DNA from: an uncultured Methanomicrobiales archaeon
GTDB lineage: Archaea; Halobacteriota; Methanomicrobia; Methanomicrobiales; Methanospirillaceae
Assembly: GCA_963758915.1 (NCBI GenBank)
Contig: CAVWXH010000015.1
Location: 32,001 to 96,000, forward strand
DNA length: 64,000 nt
Direction: 5' to 3'
The position numbers and the translations under genes are program-made. Below the pieces are notes generated by a model. The model was not told the origin of the DNA and ran no database searches. It saw only the letters and a list, made by a program, of their open reading frames with translations. The first letter of the stretch is position 1. Every line of letters starts with the position of its first letter. Below, one piece after another: positions 10,428 to 19,870 of this stretch.

Positions 10428-11096
10428 ATGAGGAAAATGAAGCAGATGCCGGAGCGTGACCGGCCAAGGGAACGGATACGTCGTCTTGGTCCTGGGGCGC
10501 TTTCTGACAGGGACTTAATTGCAGCCATTATAGGCAGGGGTATCCCTGGAAGGGACGTGCTGGTGGTGGCAGGAGATATAGAGAAAGAACTGAGTTCCGG
10601 CAGGGAGCACCTGACCTATGAAAAACTGGAGGAGATCCAGGGCGTGGGACCGACAAAAGCCGCACAAATATCTGCATGTTTCGAACTATCACGCCGATAC
10701 CCGGTTAAAGATGATGCTGCGGCTCATAAAATAACCCGTCCGGAAGACGCCCTGCCCCTCCTCCATGGAATTTCAAACAAGAAACAGGAGTATTTCATCT
10801 GCATTACCATGAACGGGGCAGGGGAGGTTATAGGGAACCGTATCATAACCGTCGGACTGCTGAACCACAGCCTTGTCCACCCCAGGGAGGTCTTTGCCGA
10901 TGCGATTACGGACCGGGCTGCATCGATCATCTGTGTCCATAATCACCCGTCCGGGACACTTGAACCAAGTCCGCAGGACCTTGAGGTGACGAGGCAGCTG
11001 ACAGAAGCGGGGGCGATCCTCGGCATCCGGCTCCTTGACCACCTTATCGTAACAAAAGACGGCCACCTCTCGATGAAGGAGAAAGGTTACATTTAA
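10428..11096 (+). CDS. radC: RadC family JAB-domain protein
   Basis: RPRER, HhH GVGPTKA, VHPREVF, HNHPSG...D, LDHLIV. Confidence 0.92.
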   Translation: MRKMKQMPERDRPRERIRRLGPGALSDRDLIAAIIGRGIPGRDVLVVAGDIEKELSSGREHLTYEKLEEIQGVGPTKAAQISACFELSRRYPVKDDAAAHKITRPEDALPLLHGISNKKQEYFICITMNGAGEVIGNRIITVGLLNHSLVHPREVFADAITDRAASIICVHNHPSGTLEPSPQDLEVTRQLTEAGAILGIRLLDHLIVTKDGHLSMKEKGYI

Positions 11097-11333
11097 CCCA
11101 GTTACTCCCCGAAACTTCGCATAAATCGGAGTCCTGTCCTCCTTCATTATGCAGGTCTCGTGTTCCTTGCACTACATAATTACCATGCGGGGATTATAAC
11201 CGGGAAATGGTACTACGATCTTCTCAACCCCGCATCCGGCGTCGGCCGCACCCCGGAGTGCCTGGGAACGTAATTTTGCCATATTCCCTCTTTCATGGGG
11301 ACTGCCAAAGAGACCGGTTATATCCATTGCCAT
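11097..11333 (-). pseudogene. Degraded iron-sulfur flavoprotein (Isf/flavodoxin family) fragment
   Basis: MAMDITGLFGSPHERGN...GAADAGCGVEKI...RMVIM-TAG-CKEHETCIMKED resembles the N-terminus of the intact 13666-14271 paralog. In-frame TAG and truncation at the radC 3' end. Confidence 0.7.
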
Positions 11334-11488
11334 GATAGGAACGTATCCATAAACGGTGCGATATCGCTTATGTGTCACCCGGGTGCGGTCCGGTTTTCCC
11401 CAAAGATCGGGTAGTTCCATGAAATCCTGGCAATTTAAGAGAACAAACACAACTAATAAATAATTCCCTGCACCTATTACAAAAATAG

Positions 11489-11728
11489 GTGAAAGTTTTG
11501 ACCGAAAACAAACAGTACAAAGCAGGCTCAAAGGTCGGCCCTGGGAAATATGTATGCCTCGATTGCGGAAAGGAATATGAACTTGACAAGAGTGAACAGG
11601 ACCTCCGTAAGTGCCCTGCATGCGCCTGTGAAGAGTACCAGTGTTTACCAATGCATCACATCAGGCCGGATGTAAAAACTCCGGAAGATGCGAAGAACCC
11701 ACCAAAGCGTGGCCAGAGCAACCAGTAA
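11489..11728 (+). CDS. Small zinc-ribbon/rubredoxin-like protein
   Basis: PGKYVCLDCG...CPAC. Start GTG 11489 or TTG 11498 after AGGTGA. Confidence 0.7.
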   Translation: MKVLTENKQYKAGSKVGPGKYVCLDCGKEYELDKSEQDLRKCPACACEEYQCLPMHHIRPDVKTPEDAKNPPKRGQSNQ

Positions 11729-11857
11729 TACAATTTTTTTCTTCATCAGACTGGCGGAACATACGAACACCGGTAATGGATAGATCTCATACGCAGATCC
11801 TGTTCATGACCGGAAAGGCAGTATGCCTTTCCAGAATATTCCAAAGGATTGAGCACG

Positions 11858-11986
11858 ATGGTAAATGTATCGAAAGAAGGACAGGTCTACGAATGCGAGA
11901 TCTGTGGCAATGTAGTGGTAGTAAAGGCAGTAGGCGGGGGAGAACTCGTCTGTTGCGGTGAACCGATGAAACTTATCGAAGGGTGA
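11858..11986 (+). CDS. Desulforedoxin-like FeS4 small protein (42 aa)
   Basis: [42 protein letters not shown] with the CxxC...CCG..M signature. Below the ORF-track cutoff. Confidence 0.88.
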   Translation: MVNVSKEGQVYECEICGNVVVVKAVGGGELVCCGEPMKLIEG

Positions 11987-11991
11987 ATGAA

Positions 11992-12336
11992 ATGGCAAAA
12001 GATATGGATGAACTTGAAAAGAAAATAGGAAAGGTCCCGAAATTCTTCAGGGAACTGACTGACAAAGACCCCGTAATGTTTGATATGGTGATGAAACTTG
12101 AGGGCCATATCTGGGACGACGGGGCCCTGACAAAAAAGACCAAGAAACTTATCGCAATTGCGATTGCTGCATCACTCCGTGACCAGCATGCCGTGCATGC
12201 GCAGCTGATTGGTGCCGAGAGTCTCGGAGTGACAAAGAAAGAGGTCGAAGAGGCACTCAGGGTCGCATTCCTGCTTGCAGGCATGCCGGCATATGTCTAT
12301 GGAAAAGCACAGCTTGATGAAGTAATGAAGAAGTAA
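11992..12336 (+). CDS. Carboxymuconolactone decarboxylase (CMD/AhpD-like) family protein
   Basis: GALTKKTKKLIAIAIA...H...A...GVTKKEVEEAL...GMP; no CxxC. Confidence 0.8.
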   Translation: MAKDMDELEKKIGKVPKFFRELTDKDPVMFDMVMKLEGHIWDDGALTKKTKKLIAIAIAASLRDQHAVHAQLIGAESLGVTKKEVEEALRVAFLLAGMPAYVYGKAQLDEVMKK

Positions 12337-12348
12337 GGAGGAAACTGC

Positions 12349-12996
12349 ATGTGTGGAGAAATGGGGTCAGGCCGGATGCCCGCAATCGGTGAACCGGCAC
12401 CGGAATTCGCCGCAGAGACCACGCAGGGCCCGCTTAAACTTTCTGACCTGAAAGGGAAGTGGGTCGTCATGTTCTCACACCCTGCAGATTTCACGCCGGT
12501 CTGTACGACCGAGTTCCTGGCATTCGCAGCTGTGCATGATGAGCTCAAGGCAATGAATGTGCAGCTAATCGGCCTTTCGGTGGACAGCGTATCTGCCCAC
12601 CTTGCATGGGTGCATGCAGTGAAGGAGAAGATGGGGGTGGATATCCCGTTCCCGATCATCGCAGACCTTTCGATGAATATTGCAAAGAGTTATGGCATGA
12701 TCCACGCGGGACAGAGCACCACCGCAACAGTCCGCTGTGTATTCTTTATCGATGACAAGGGGATCACGAGGGCGATGATCTATTACCCGTTGCAGAACGG
12801 GAGGTATATCCCGGAGATCATCCGGCTCGTGAAAGCACTCCAGATGACCGATAAGAACAAGGTTTCAACACCTGCAAACTGGCAGCCTGGTGACAAGGTC
12901 GTAGTCCCACCCCCGAAGACCGCGGCTGAAATGGCAAAGCGGCCGACAGAGGGTTACGAGTGCAAAGACTGGTACCTCTGTTTCAAGTCAGTCTGA
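12349..12996 (+). CDS. Peroxiredoxin (archaeal Prx6-type)
   Basis: SHPADFTPVCTTE, PANWQPGD, C-terminal CKDWYLC; AGGAGG RBS. Confidence 0.93.
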   Translation: MCGEMGSGRMPAIGEPAPEFAAETTQGPLKLSDLKGKWVVMFSHPADFTPVCTTEFLAFAAVHDELKAMNVQLIGLSVDSVSAHLAWVHAVKEKMGVDIPFPIIADLSMNIAKSYGMIHAGQSTTATVRCVFFIDDKGITRAMIYYPLQNGRYIPEIIRLVKALQMTDKNKVSTPANWQPGDKVVVPPPKTAAEMAKRPTEGYECKDWYLCFKSV

Positions 12997-13045
12997 AAAA
13001 TTCATCAACAATCTTTTTTTATCCTACGCCACCAAAGGCTCATTC

Positions 13046-13669
13046 ATGCCCATAAAGGTCCTTGCATTCGCGTCGAGCCCGCGGAGGGGCGGGAATTCCG
13101 AGACGCTCCTTGACTGGATGCTTGCATCAATGAGTCTTGAGAGCGATGTGGCCGTTGAGAAGATTGTACTGATTGATGCGGATGTTAATCCCTGCCGGGG
13201 ATGCAATGCCTGCGAAAAGCTCAACCATTGTGTCCAGAGAGACGGGATGGACAGTGTTCATGATAAAATAATCGAGGCGGATATCATCGTGTTCGCATCT
13301 CCTATCTTCTGCATGGGTATCCCGGCACAGGGGAAATCCTTAATCGACCGTGCACAGGTGTTCAGGTCAAGAAAATACGTCCTGAAACTCCCGGTCGTCC
13401 CGCCTGAGCGCAAAGGTAAACGGATGGGCATTTACCTGGGGACCGCAGGGCAAACGTGGGAAAATGTTTTTGACGGGGCGATCATGTCGGTCAAATGCCT
13501 TTTCCATGTGATTGAGGTACGGGACCGCGATATCCGGTACCTGTTCATCAGGGGAGTTGATGAAAAAGGTGCAGTCCTTTCACACCCAACGGCAAAAACT
13601 GATGCGGAACAGCTCGGTCATTCGGTAATCGCCGAACTGAGGGGCAGGCTCCAGAGTGAGAGTGCATGA
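13046..13669 (+). CDS. Iron-sulfur flavoprotein (Isf/flavodoxin family)
   Basis: SSPRRGGNS, CRGCNACxxxxxC, ASPIF, LIDR. Confidence 0.85.
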   Translation: MPIKVLAFASSPRRGGNSETLLDWMLASMSLESDVAVEKIVLIDADVNPCRGCNACEKLNHCVQRDGMDSVHDKIIEADIIVFASPIFCMGIPAQGKSLIDRAQVFRSRKYVLKLPVVPPERKGKRMGIYLGTAGQTWENVFDGAIMSVKCLFHVIEVRDRDIRYLFIRGVDEKGAVLSHPTAKTDAEQLGHSVIAELRGRLQSESA

Positions 13670-14271
13670 CGGTAACGGTCATCGGGATCTCGGGCAGCCC
13701 GCACCGGCACGGAAATACCGAGACACTGCTGGATAGTTTTCTCGACGGTGCTGCACACGCCGGTGCAGACACTGACAAGATTATTTTAAGATCTATGAAT
13801 TACACGCCGTGCCGGGGATGCAACGCCTGCCATAAGACAGGGGAATGCATCGTCCAGGACGACGCCGAGATAATCATTGAACGGGTCATGTCCTGTGACG
13901 GCCTTGCTGTTGCCTCGCCAATCTACAGCATGGGGATTACAGCAGAACTGAAGGGGCTGATCGACCGGGCCCAGTACATCTGGGCACAAAAGTTCATACT
14001 GAAGACCCGTTTTTACCAGGACGAGGTAATCCGGCACCATAAAGGGATATTCATTTCAACCGCCGGTCTCCCGTGGGAAAATGTTTTTGATGCGGCATTT
14101 CCTGCGATCACGGCATTTTTCAACACGCTTGGCATCGAATATTATGACAATATCATTGCCAATGATATGGACACCTATAAGGGGATCCAGGGGCATCCGA
14201 CTGCACTGACTGAGGCATTCACAAAAGGGGAAAAAGTTGTCAGGGTTATCGAATCGCTCAAAACGAAATAA
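13666..14271 (+). CDS. Iron-sulfur flavoprotein (Isf/flavodoxin family)
   Basis: GSPHRHGNT, CRGCNACHKTGEC, ASPIY, LIDR. Confidence 0.85.
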   Translation: MTVTVIGISGSPHRHGNTETLLDSFLDGAAHAGADTDKIILRSMNYTPCRGCNACHKTGECIVQDDAEIIIERVMSCDGLAVASPIYSMGITAELKGLIDRAQYIWAQKFILKTRFYQDEVIRHHKGIFISTAGLPWENVFDAAFPAITAFFNTLGIEYYDNIIANDMDTYKGIQGHPTALTEAFTKGEKVVRVIESLKTK

Positions 14272-14318
14272 GAGCGGGTGATTACCCTTTCCAGGGTACC
14301 TGTTTCACTCCTGTCTTT

Positions 14319-15485
14319 TCACTGATCCATTAACCTGACCGGCACCCGGATACCACTCACGGTATCAAATTCGAGGACCCGTTGTTCCACCCGTCGGACC
14401 ATCCCGGTACTCGTCAGGATCAACGAGGACTCCCCAATAATCGCTCGTAAAATACACTTGTCAATCACACCATAGGTAAAATCAAGGGCGATGTGATTAT
14501 CTGCAGCATGCTGTTTCGCCCGGGTCCCCATCGCACCTATTGATACACCCTGGTGAGACGCGAGCCACCCTGGTAATGAATCATGCGGGGATGAATCAAC
14601 ATCAAAGACACTGATTGTCCCGGGGGACGCATGGCAGCAGGGAGTTTTCTTAAACGCCACATCTATCACCTGCAGCATGTCAAGGACAGTCCTTGGCTTT
14701 CTGTCAGGTAGTGAATACCCCCGCTTTTCGAGTTCGAAATAAATATCGAGCAGGATCGGCATCGACAGGTGTGCCTGCCTGACATATTCAGGCCTGCCAA
14801 ATGCCACATCAGGTATCGCTTCCTGGAGAATCCTGCCCTCTAACAGGAGGATTGCACGGTCAGCCCACGGGTACGCGAGCTCAATGTCATGTGTTGATAT
14901 GATAATGGTCTTGCCCTGGTGATTGAGTTCATCAAGAAGTTCCATGATGTCCTCTGAACCTGATGGATCAAGACCGCTGGTTGGTTCATCAAAAACGAGG
15001 AGGTCAGGGTCCATCGCAAGCACCCCGGCAATGGCAACGCGTTTCTTCTCTCCACCCGAAAGGAGATGGGGAGGGCGGCGTTCGAACCCCTCGAGTCCCA
15101 CGTACCGGAGCGCCCCGGTAACCGCCTGCTTGACCTCACTCTCGCTGTACCCAAGGTTGACAGGCCCGAATGCTACATCCTGGTATACCGTCGGTGCAAT
15201 AATCTGCCGGTCCGGGTTCTGGAGGACAAAACCCACTCGTTTGCGTAGTTTCCGCAACGAATCCTTATCATAGCTGACCGGTTCGTTGTCAAAAAGTATG
15301 ATGCCTGAATCAGGGCGTATCATCCCGTTGAACATCAGCATGAGCGTGGATTTCCCGGCACCGTTGGGACCTACCAGGGCTATTTTTTCCCCTTTCCGTA
15401 TATGAAAACTGATACCCCGGATTGCTTCCATCCCCCGCGGATAGCGGTACCGGATCTCCCTTGCTTCAAGAATGATGCTGCTCAT
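14319..15485 (-). CDS. cbiO: Co/Ni ECF transporter ATPase with C-terminal extension
   Basis: GPNGAGKST, QNPD, LSGGEKKR, DEPT, THD; about 110 extra C-terminal residues. Confidence 0.88.
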   Translation of the reverse strand: MSSIILEAREIRYRYPRGMEAIRGISFHIRKGEKIALVGPNGAGKSTLMLMFNGMIRPDSGIILFDNEPVSYDKDSLRKLRKRVGFVLQNPDRQIIAPTVYQDVAFGPVNLGYSESEVKQAVTGALRYVGLEGFERRPPHLLSGGEKKRVAIAGVLAMDPDLLVFDEPTSGLDPSGSEDIMELLDELNHQGKTIIISTHDIELAYPWADRAILLLEGRILQEAIPDVAFGRPEYVRQAHLSMPILLDIYFELEKRGYSLPDRKPRTVLDMLQVIDVAFKKTPCCHASPGTISVFDVDSSPHDSLPGWLASHQGVSIGAMGTRAKQHAADNHIALDFTYGVIDKCILRAIIGESSLILTSTGMVRRVEQRVLEFDTVSGIRVPVRLMDQ

Positions 15486-15495
15486 GGGACAAAAC

Positions 15496-16284
15496 CTATA
15501 TCATGACAATATTTCGTGTAATAACCACGATCACTGACGATACCAGGAGGAATAATCCGACTGCCGCCAGTGAGTAACAATTCACCGGGCCGGTTTCCCC
15601 AAGCAATGCAAATTTTCCAGCATAACAACGTGCGTCCATGGCCCGGACCAGGTCTTCCCCGGCATCCCAGCTGGCGATAAATACTGAACCACACAGGGTG
15701 GAAAAGGACACAATCGATTCACGGAACGAGGAATACCCGAGGCGCATCACCTGGGCCTGGTATGTCTGCACAAGCAGGTGCATGATCATAAAGATAGTCC
15801 GGTAGATCATCATCGTCAGGTCCAGGACGGCCTCAGGGATCCGGCACCGTCTCATTACGATAAAGAGGTCGGTCATCGGCGTGGTGAGGGCAATAAAAAT
15901 CAGAGCAGACATTCCCCCGATAACCCTGCAGAATACAAAAATACCCTCGTTGAGGCTTTCCCGCGATATGGATACAGAGAGCCATGAAAACGGGTTCCAG
16001 CTCCAGTATACCTCGCTCCCCCCGGACAGGAGAATGATCACGATGACACTCATGGCTGCAAACCAGAAGGGCACGATGAAGAGTTCCGCGTACGTCCTCG
16101 CATCAACCCGTGCAAGGATGATAATTGACCCTGAAAGCAGGACCGCAATAAAAAGGGGTGCGATGAAACTCGTGGAGAGGAGGCAGAGGAGGATAGCCCC
16201 GAGCCCGGCCACGAGTTTTATGTAGGTATTGACCTCCCTCAACCCGTTCGTCTGGGCAATATCCTCCAGTAACTCTTCATACAT
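15496..16284 (-). CDS. cbiQ: Co/Ni ECF transporter T component
   Basis: TTPMTD, MIYR, AQVMRLGY, AMDARCY; operon context. Confidence 0.88.
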   Translation of the reverse strand: MYEELLEDIAQTNGLREVNTYIKLVAGLGAILLCLLSTSFIAPLFIAVLLSGSIIILARVDARTYAELFIVPFWFAAMSVIVIILLSGGSEVYWSWNPFSWLSVSISRESLNEGIFVFCRVIGGMSALIFIALTTPMTDLFIVMRRCRIPEAVLDLTMMIYRTIFMIMHLLVQTYQAQVMRLGYSSFRESIVSFSTLCGSVFIASWDAGEDLVRAMDARCYAGKFALLGETGPVNCYSLAAVGLFLLVSSVIVVITRNIVMI

Positions 16285-16298
16285 GGCAGTACATAATT

Positions 16299-16610
16299 TC
16301 AGGTGCTTTTTATTCCTTTTTTCTGGCCAATCCAGTAGCCGAAGACCAGGCCTACCATTATCCCGCCTATTGCCGCCTGCAGGGCGAACAGTGCAGATTC
16401 AACCTCTCCACTGGGGGGGACCCATTGCGGTATTAACGGCTGAATTTCGTCAGGCTGCACTCCCGCCAGTTCCGCTATTTTTTCTGCCCCGACCGTATCA
16501 GAGCCAGCATATTCTGCATTCCCCATTATCGAACTCGTATAGAGGAACAGGGCACAGAATATCAGGACAGCAACAATTGCGAGAATCTCCAGTCTGTACT
16601 TGAATGGCAT
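16299..16610 (-). CDS. cbiN: Cobalt transport protein CbiN
   Basis: GSD, PPSGEVESALFALQAAIG. Confidence 0.9.
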   Translation of the reverse strand: MPFKYRLEILAIVAVLIFCALFLYTSSIMGNAEYAGSDTVGAEKIAELAGVQPDEIQPLIPQWVPPSGEVESALFALQAAIGGIMVGLVFGYWIGQKKGIKST

Positions 16611-17302
16611 CAGGTATCATTCCTTGCGGCGTTAATTTTTTCCTCGGGGAACACGTTCATCCGGAGCAGAATGTCGGGTTTGAGCTGGACAATATACTTA
16701 AACACCAGTGCAAGAACGACACCCTCAACAATGGCAAGCGGGACCTGCGTAATAGCGAAGATCCCCATAAAGAGGACGAAAGAACTGCCTACTCCACCCA
16801 CTTCAGCCGGGTACGCCAATGCCAGTTCCAGCGAGGTGGTGATATAGGTGAACATATCTGCGAGCGCACAGGCAAGGAACACCGTGAGAAACATGTTTAC
16901 CCGGGTTTCACGAAGGGCCCGATATACGGCATATCCTGCAAGAGGACCGACAATCCCCATTGAGACGATATTCGCCCCGAGGACGGACAGCCCGCCGTGC
17001 GCAAGGAAGAGCGCCTGGAACAGCAGGACGATCGCGCATACAACAGATGTTATCCATGGGCCGAAGCAGATGGCAGTCAGGCCGGTCCCGGTCGGGTGGG
17101 AACAACTACCGGTGACGGACGGGAGTTTTAAGGAGGAGAGAATAAAAATAAACCCACCGGTCACACCAAGGAGGGGGAGCGCTTCGCGATCGGCGTCCAT
17201 CACTTTTTTCAACCGGTACACACCGTAAAAAAGGCACGGGAGGGCAATCAACCACCAGAAAACCGCCCATTGCAACGGCAAAAAGCCTTCCATGATATGC
17301 AT
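16610..17302 (-). CDS. cbiM: Cobalt ECF S component CbiM
   Basis: MHIMEGFLP N-terminus (ATG 17302), GSCSHPTG, AHGG. Confidence 0.93.
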   Translation of the reverse strand: MHIMEGFLPLQWAVFWWLIALPCLFYGVYRLKKVMDADREALPLLGVTGGFIFILSSLKLPSVTGSCSHPTGTGLTAICFGPWITSVVCAIVLLFQALFLAHGGLSVLGANIVSMGIVGPLAGYAVYRALRETRVNMFLTVFLACALADMFTYITTSLELALAYPAEVGGVGSSFVLFMGIFAITQVPLAIVEGVVLALVFKYIVQLKPDILLRMNVFPEEKINAARNDT

Positions 17303-17486
17303 ACGTTCAATATCTCCAATCAAATTAATTTGTTTTAACTTAACATTACTTTATTATTCGGTACTAATTATCATTTCCTATTTTTTGCATACCATCATTA
17401 ATCCCAAAAATAACGGCAGACTTATTCCAAACAGACAGGTGCCGATAATGCAGGAGATGGATTTTTTTTGTTCCGGAAAAAATGGA

Positions 17487-18125
17487 TCAGGTAATGTAGG
17501 ATGGGACCAGGGTAAGTGCCGCAAACAGGACCGCGAAGGAAACGGCAATCATGACCACGAACAGCACCGGTTTCCATTCGAGTACTTTCTTCCCGTCGAG
17601 GACACTGATGGGGAGGAGGTTGAATGCTGCTATCATTGCATTGATCTGGAGCCCCATCATCCCGATGAAGCCGATAACGGGGCCCCATCCCATGATGAAG
17701 GGGGTCATCAGGACCATAATTCCAAACGGGATACAGAGTACAAGGTTTGTTGCAGGGCCGGCTGCTGATATTTTACCGTTCTGCTCCTTCGACAGCCCGC
17801 CCCCGTAAATGACCGTGGCACCCGGAGCAGCAAATACGACGTGCACCAGTGCCGCTAAAACAACAGACATCAGGAGCATGACGTTATCTTTCCTGAATTC
17901 TGCATAATAGCCGTACTTCATGGCAGTAAACTTGTGGGCCATTTCATGCAGTACAAAACCGATACCCACCGTCAGGCAGGATATCCCAAAGATGTAGAGG
18001 AAGAACAGGGGGTCTATTTTTCCATTAAAACTGGAGAGCACGATTGCAAGCGTGAACGCAATCGTGATCCCAAGCCACGCAATGAAAAGATCAAAGCGCT
18101 CCCTTCGAGTTATCAGTTCGAGCAT
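17487..18125 (-). CDS. M50 family (site-2) membrane metalloprotease
   Basis: HEMAH, AAGPATN, FNLLPISVLDG. Confidence 0.88.
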   Translation of the reverse strand: MLELITRRERFDLFIAWLGITIAFTLAIVLSSFNGKIDPLFFLYIFGISCLTVGIGFVLHEMAHKFTAMKYGYYAEFRKDNVMLLMSVVLAALVHVVFAAPGATVIYGGGLSKEQNGKISAAGPATNLVLCIPFGIMVLMTPFIMGWGPVIGFIGMMGLQINAMIAAFNLLPISVLDGKKVLEWKPVLFVVMIAVSFAVLFAALTLVPSYIT

Positions 18126-18332
18126 AAATTGTCCTGTACTGATGGTAGTTCCCGGGGCTTATTTGCTTCGGATGACCCATAACACCGATTTGTTCCTGCA
18201 TGCGAACAGAAAAAAAACGGGATCTATCAGGTATGGTTTACCGGGCTGCAGAATTACAGAGGCTCACCGATACCCGCCGGGATCCGTTCCGGGGAACACA
18301 TTTAAACCTTTAAACTGCTGCAAGTAGGTACT

Positions 18333-18617
18333 ATGCCAATCGAGTCACTCAGGGAAGAGATCAACAGGATTGATCGGGAGATTATCCGGCTGATCGCTAA
18401 ACGCCAGGCAGTAGCCGGTAAAATCGCAAAGGAAAAATTCACCGGGGGCCTCCCGGTCCATGACGAGGAACGGGTAAAGGCAGTCCTTGAGTCCTCGTTT
18501 GATTACGCTGTCGAGCATAAAATCAACCCCGTCCATGTCCAGAGGATCATGTCAATCCTGATTGAAATGAGCGAAGAGTGGCAGCGTGGATGTTCAGGGG
18601 ATGGAAACCTCCCCTGA
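18333..18617 (+). CDS. Chorismate mutase (AroQ type)
   Basis: LREEINRIDREIIRLIAKR...K...PVHDEER...SEEWQ. Confidence 0.85.
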   Translation: MPIESLREEINRIDREIIRLIAKRQAVAGKIAKEKFTGGLPVHDEERVKAVLESSFDYAVEHKINPVHVQRIMSILIEMSEEWQRGCSGDGNLP

Positions 18618-18662
18618 AAATGTTCTTGTTTTAAGGGTTTTTTTGACCGGGATATTGTTGAA

Positions 18663-19835
18663 TTACTTGAAAAATACCGTAACCAGCACAACAATCCCGA
18701 TGGTTATCATCAGGCACCCCATGGCGAGCCTGACAATTACCCTGTTTTCCGTACGCCATGCCTCAAGCCGCTCCGGTGGCAGCCCGAAATACACAACTGC
18801 GAGGATAATAATCAGCGGGACTACAAAGAGGATATTATAGAGCAGAAGAAGTGGCAGCCCTGCCATAATTGTCATCTCCTGTGATAAGAGGGAGATAATT
18901 GCGAGGTAGATGCCACCCGTACAGGGAAGTTCGAACATCCCGACAAGGATACCAAGGACAAACGTGGCAGGAAGCGTCGCCTCTTTTACGTACCGGGTGA
19001 TTGAATCCTTTTTTGATTCAGGGATGACAAGCCAGCTCCCAGTACCGCCATACAGGGCATCTTTTATCATCAGGGCCCCGGCTACAAAGGCAACGGTTGC
19101 AGCAACAAGCGCAAATATTCTCGAGAATCCGGACACCTGAACGAGGGCAAAGAGGCCGAGGCCGGAAAGGAAGTAAAAAATGAATATTGCCCCGATATAG
19201 ACAAGGCCGACTTGCAACATCCTCCTTTTTGAACTGATCGACATGATCGATACGAGAAGGAAGACCATGACAGCAAACGCACAGGGGTTGATCCCGTCCA
19301 CGAGGCCGGCTGCGATAACAAGTGGTATCGTCAGCTGGGTGGTTTCGGATATTTCAAGGGACGGAATTGTCTCTGTGGGCAGGGGGACTGAAGAGTTCGG
19401 GTTCTTTGCGGCCTGCACAACGACATCGTCCAGTTGCAACTCGATGTTCTCAAAGTCTATCAGTTTCCATTCACCGACGAAAATGGCTGGTACTGGTGAA
19501 AAAGGAACATTATAACGCGTGTTAAACTGCTGGAACAGCTTCTGGTTCGATGTATTGTCAAGAAGGTCATACGACCGGATAATCACTTCAGGGTGGCGCT
19601 CACGAAACCCTTCCATGAACGTGAGAGCCTTCTGGCATTCACCACATGTCTGCCGGTAAAAAAAATAAACAACCACGTGACCGGCTGGTTCTGACGCGAG
19701 GAGGTCAGAGATATTAGGTGTGCTACCGGTTGTACCTGATGGGACCGGGCCCGGAGACTCCGCAGATACAATCCCTGATGCTAATAGCAGGAGCACCAGA
19801 AAAAATACTGCGAAAAAAGGATGTTGTAACCTCAT
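18663..19835 (-). CDS. Exported thioredoxin-like domain fused to a CcdA/DsbD-like membrane domain
   Basis: Signal peptide, CGEC and VP thioredoxin fold, then DGINPCAF and ELPCTGG in transmembrane segments. Confidence 0.8.
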   Translation of the reverse strand: MRLQHPFFAVFFLVLLLLASGIVSAESPGPVPSGTTGSTPNISDLLASEPAGHVVVYFFYRQTCGECQKALTFMEGFRERHPEVIIRSYDLLDNTSNQKLFQQFNTRYNVPFSPVPAIFVGEWKLIDFENIELQLDDVVVQAAKNPNSSVPLPTETIPSLEISETTQLTIPLVIAAGLVDGINPCAFAVMVFLLVSIMSISSKRRMLQVGLVYIGAIFIFYFLSGLGLFALVQVSGFSRIFALVAATVAFVAGALMIKDALYGGTGSWLVIPESKKDSITRYVKEATLPATFVLGILVGMFELPCTGGIYLAIISLLSQEMTIMAGLPLLLLYNILFVVPLIIILAVVYFGLPPERLEAWRTENRVIVRLAMGCLMITIGIVVLVTVFFK

Positions 19836-19870
19836 CGGGACACCGTAGTGCTCTCAATTATGAATACCAG

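Noticed and set aside
11172-11174. In-frame TAG in the Isf-like fragment as pyrrolysine readthrough
   Set aside because: The fragment is also truncated and has lost motif cysteines, and no pyl genes are in the window; decay is simpler.
17344-17366. CATTAC-N11-GTACTA upstream of cbiM as a NikR-like operator
   Set aside because: Imperfect palindrome in AT-rich DNA with no second instance; no cobalamin riboswitch recognised either.
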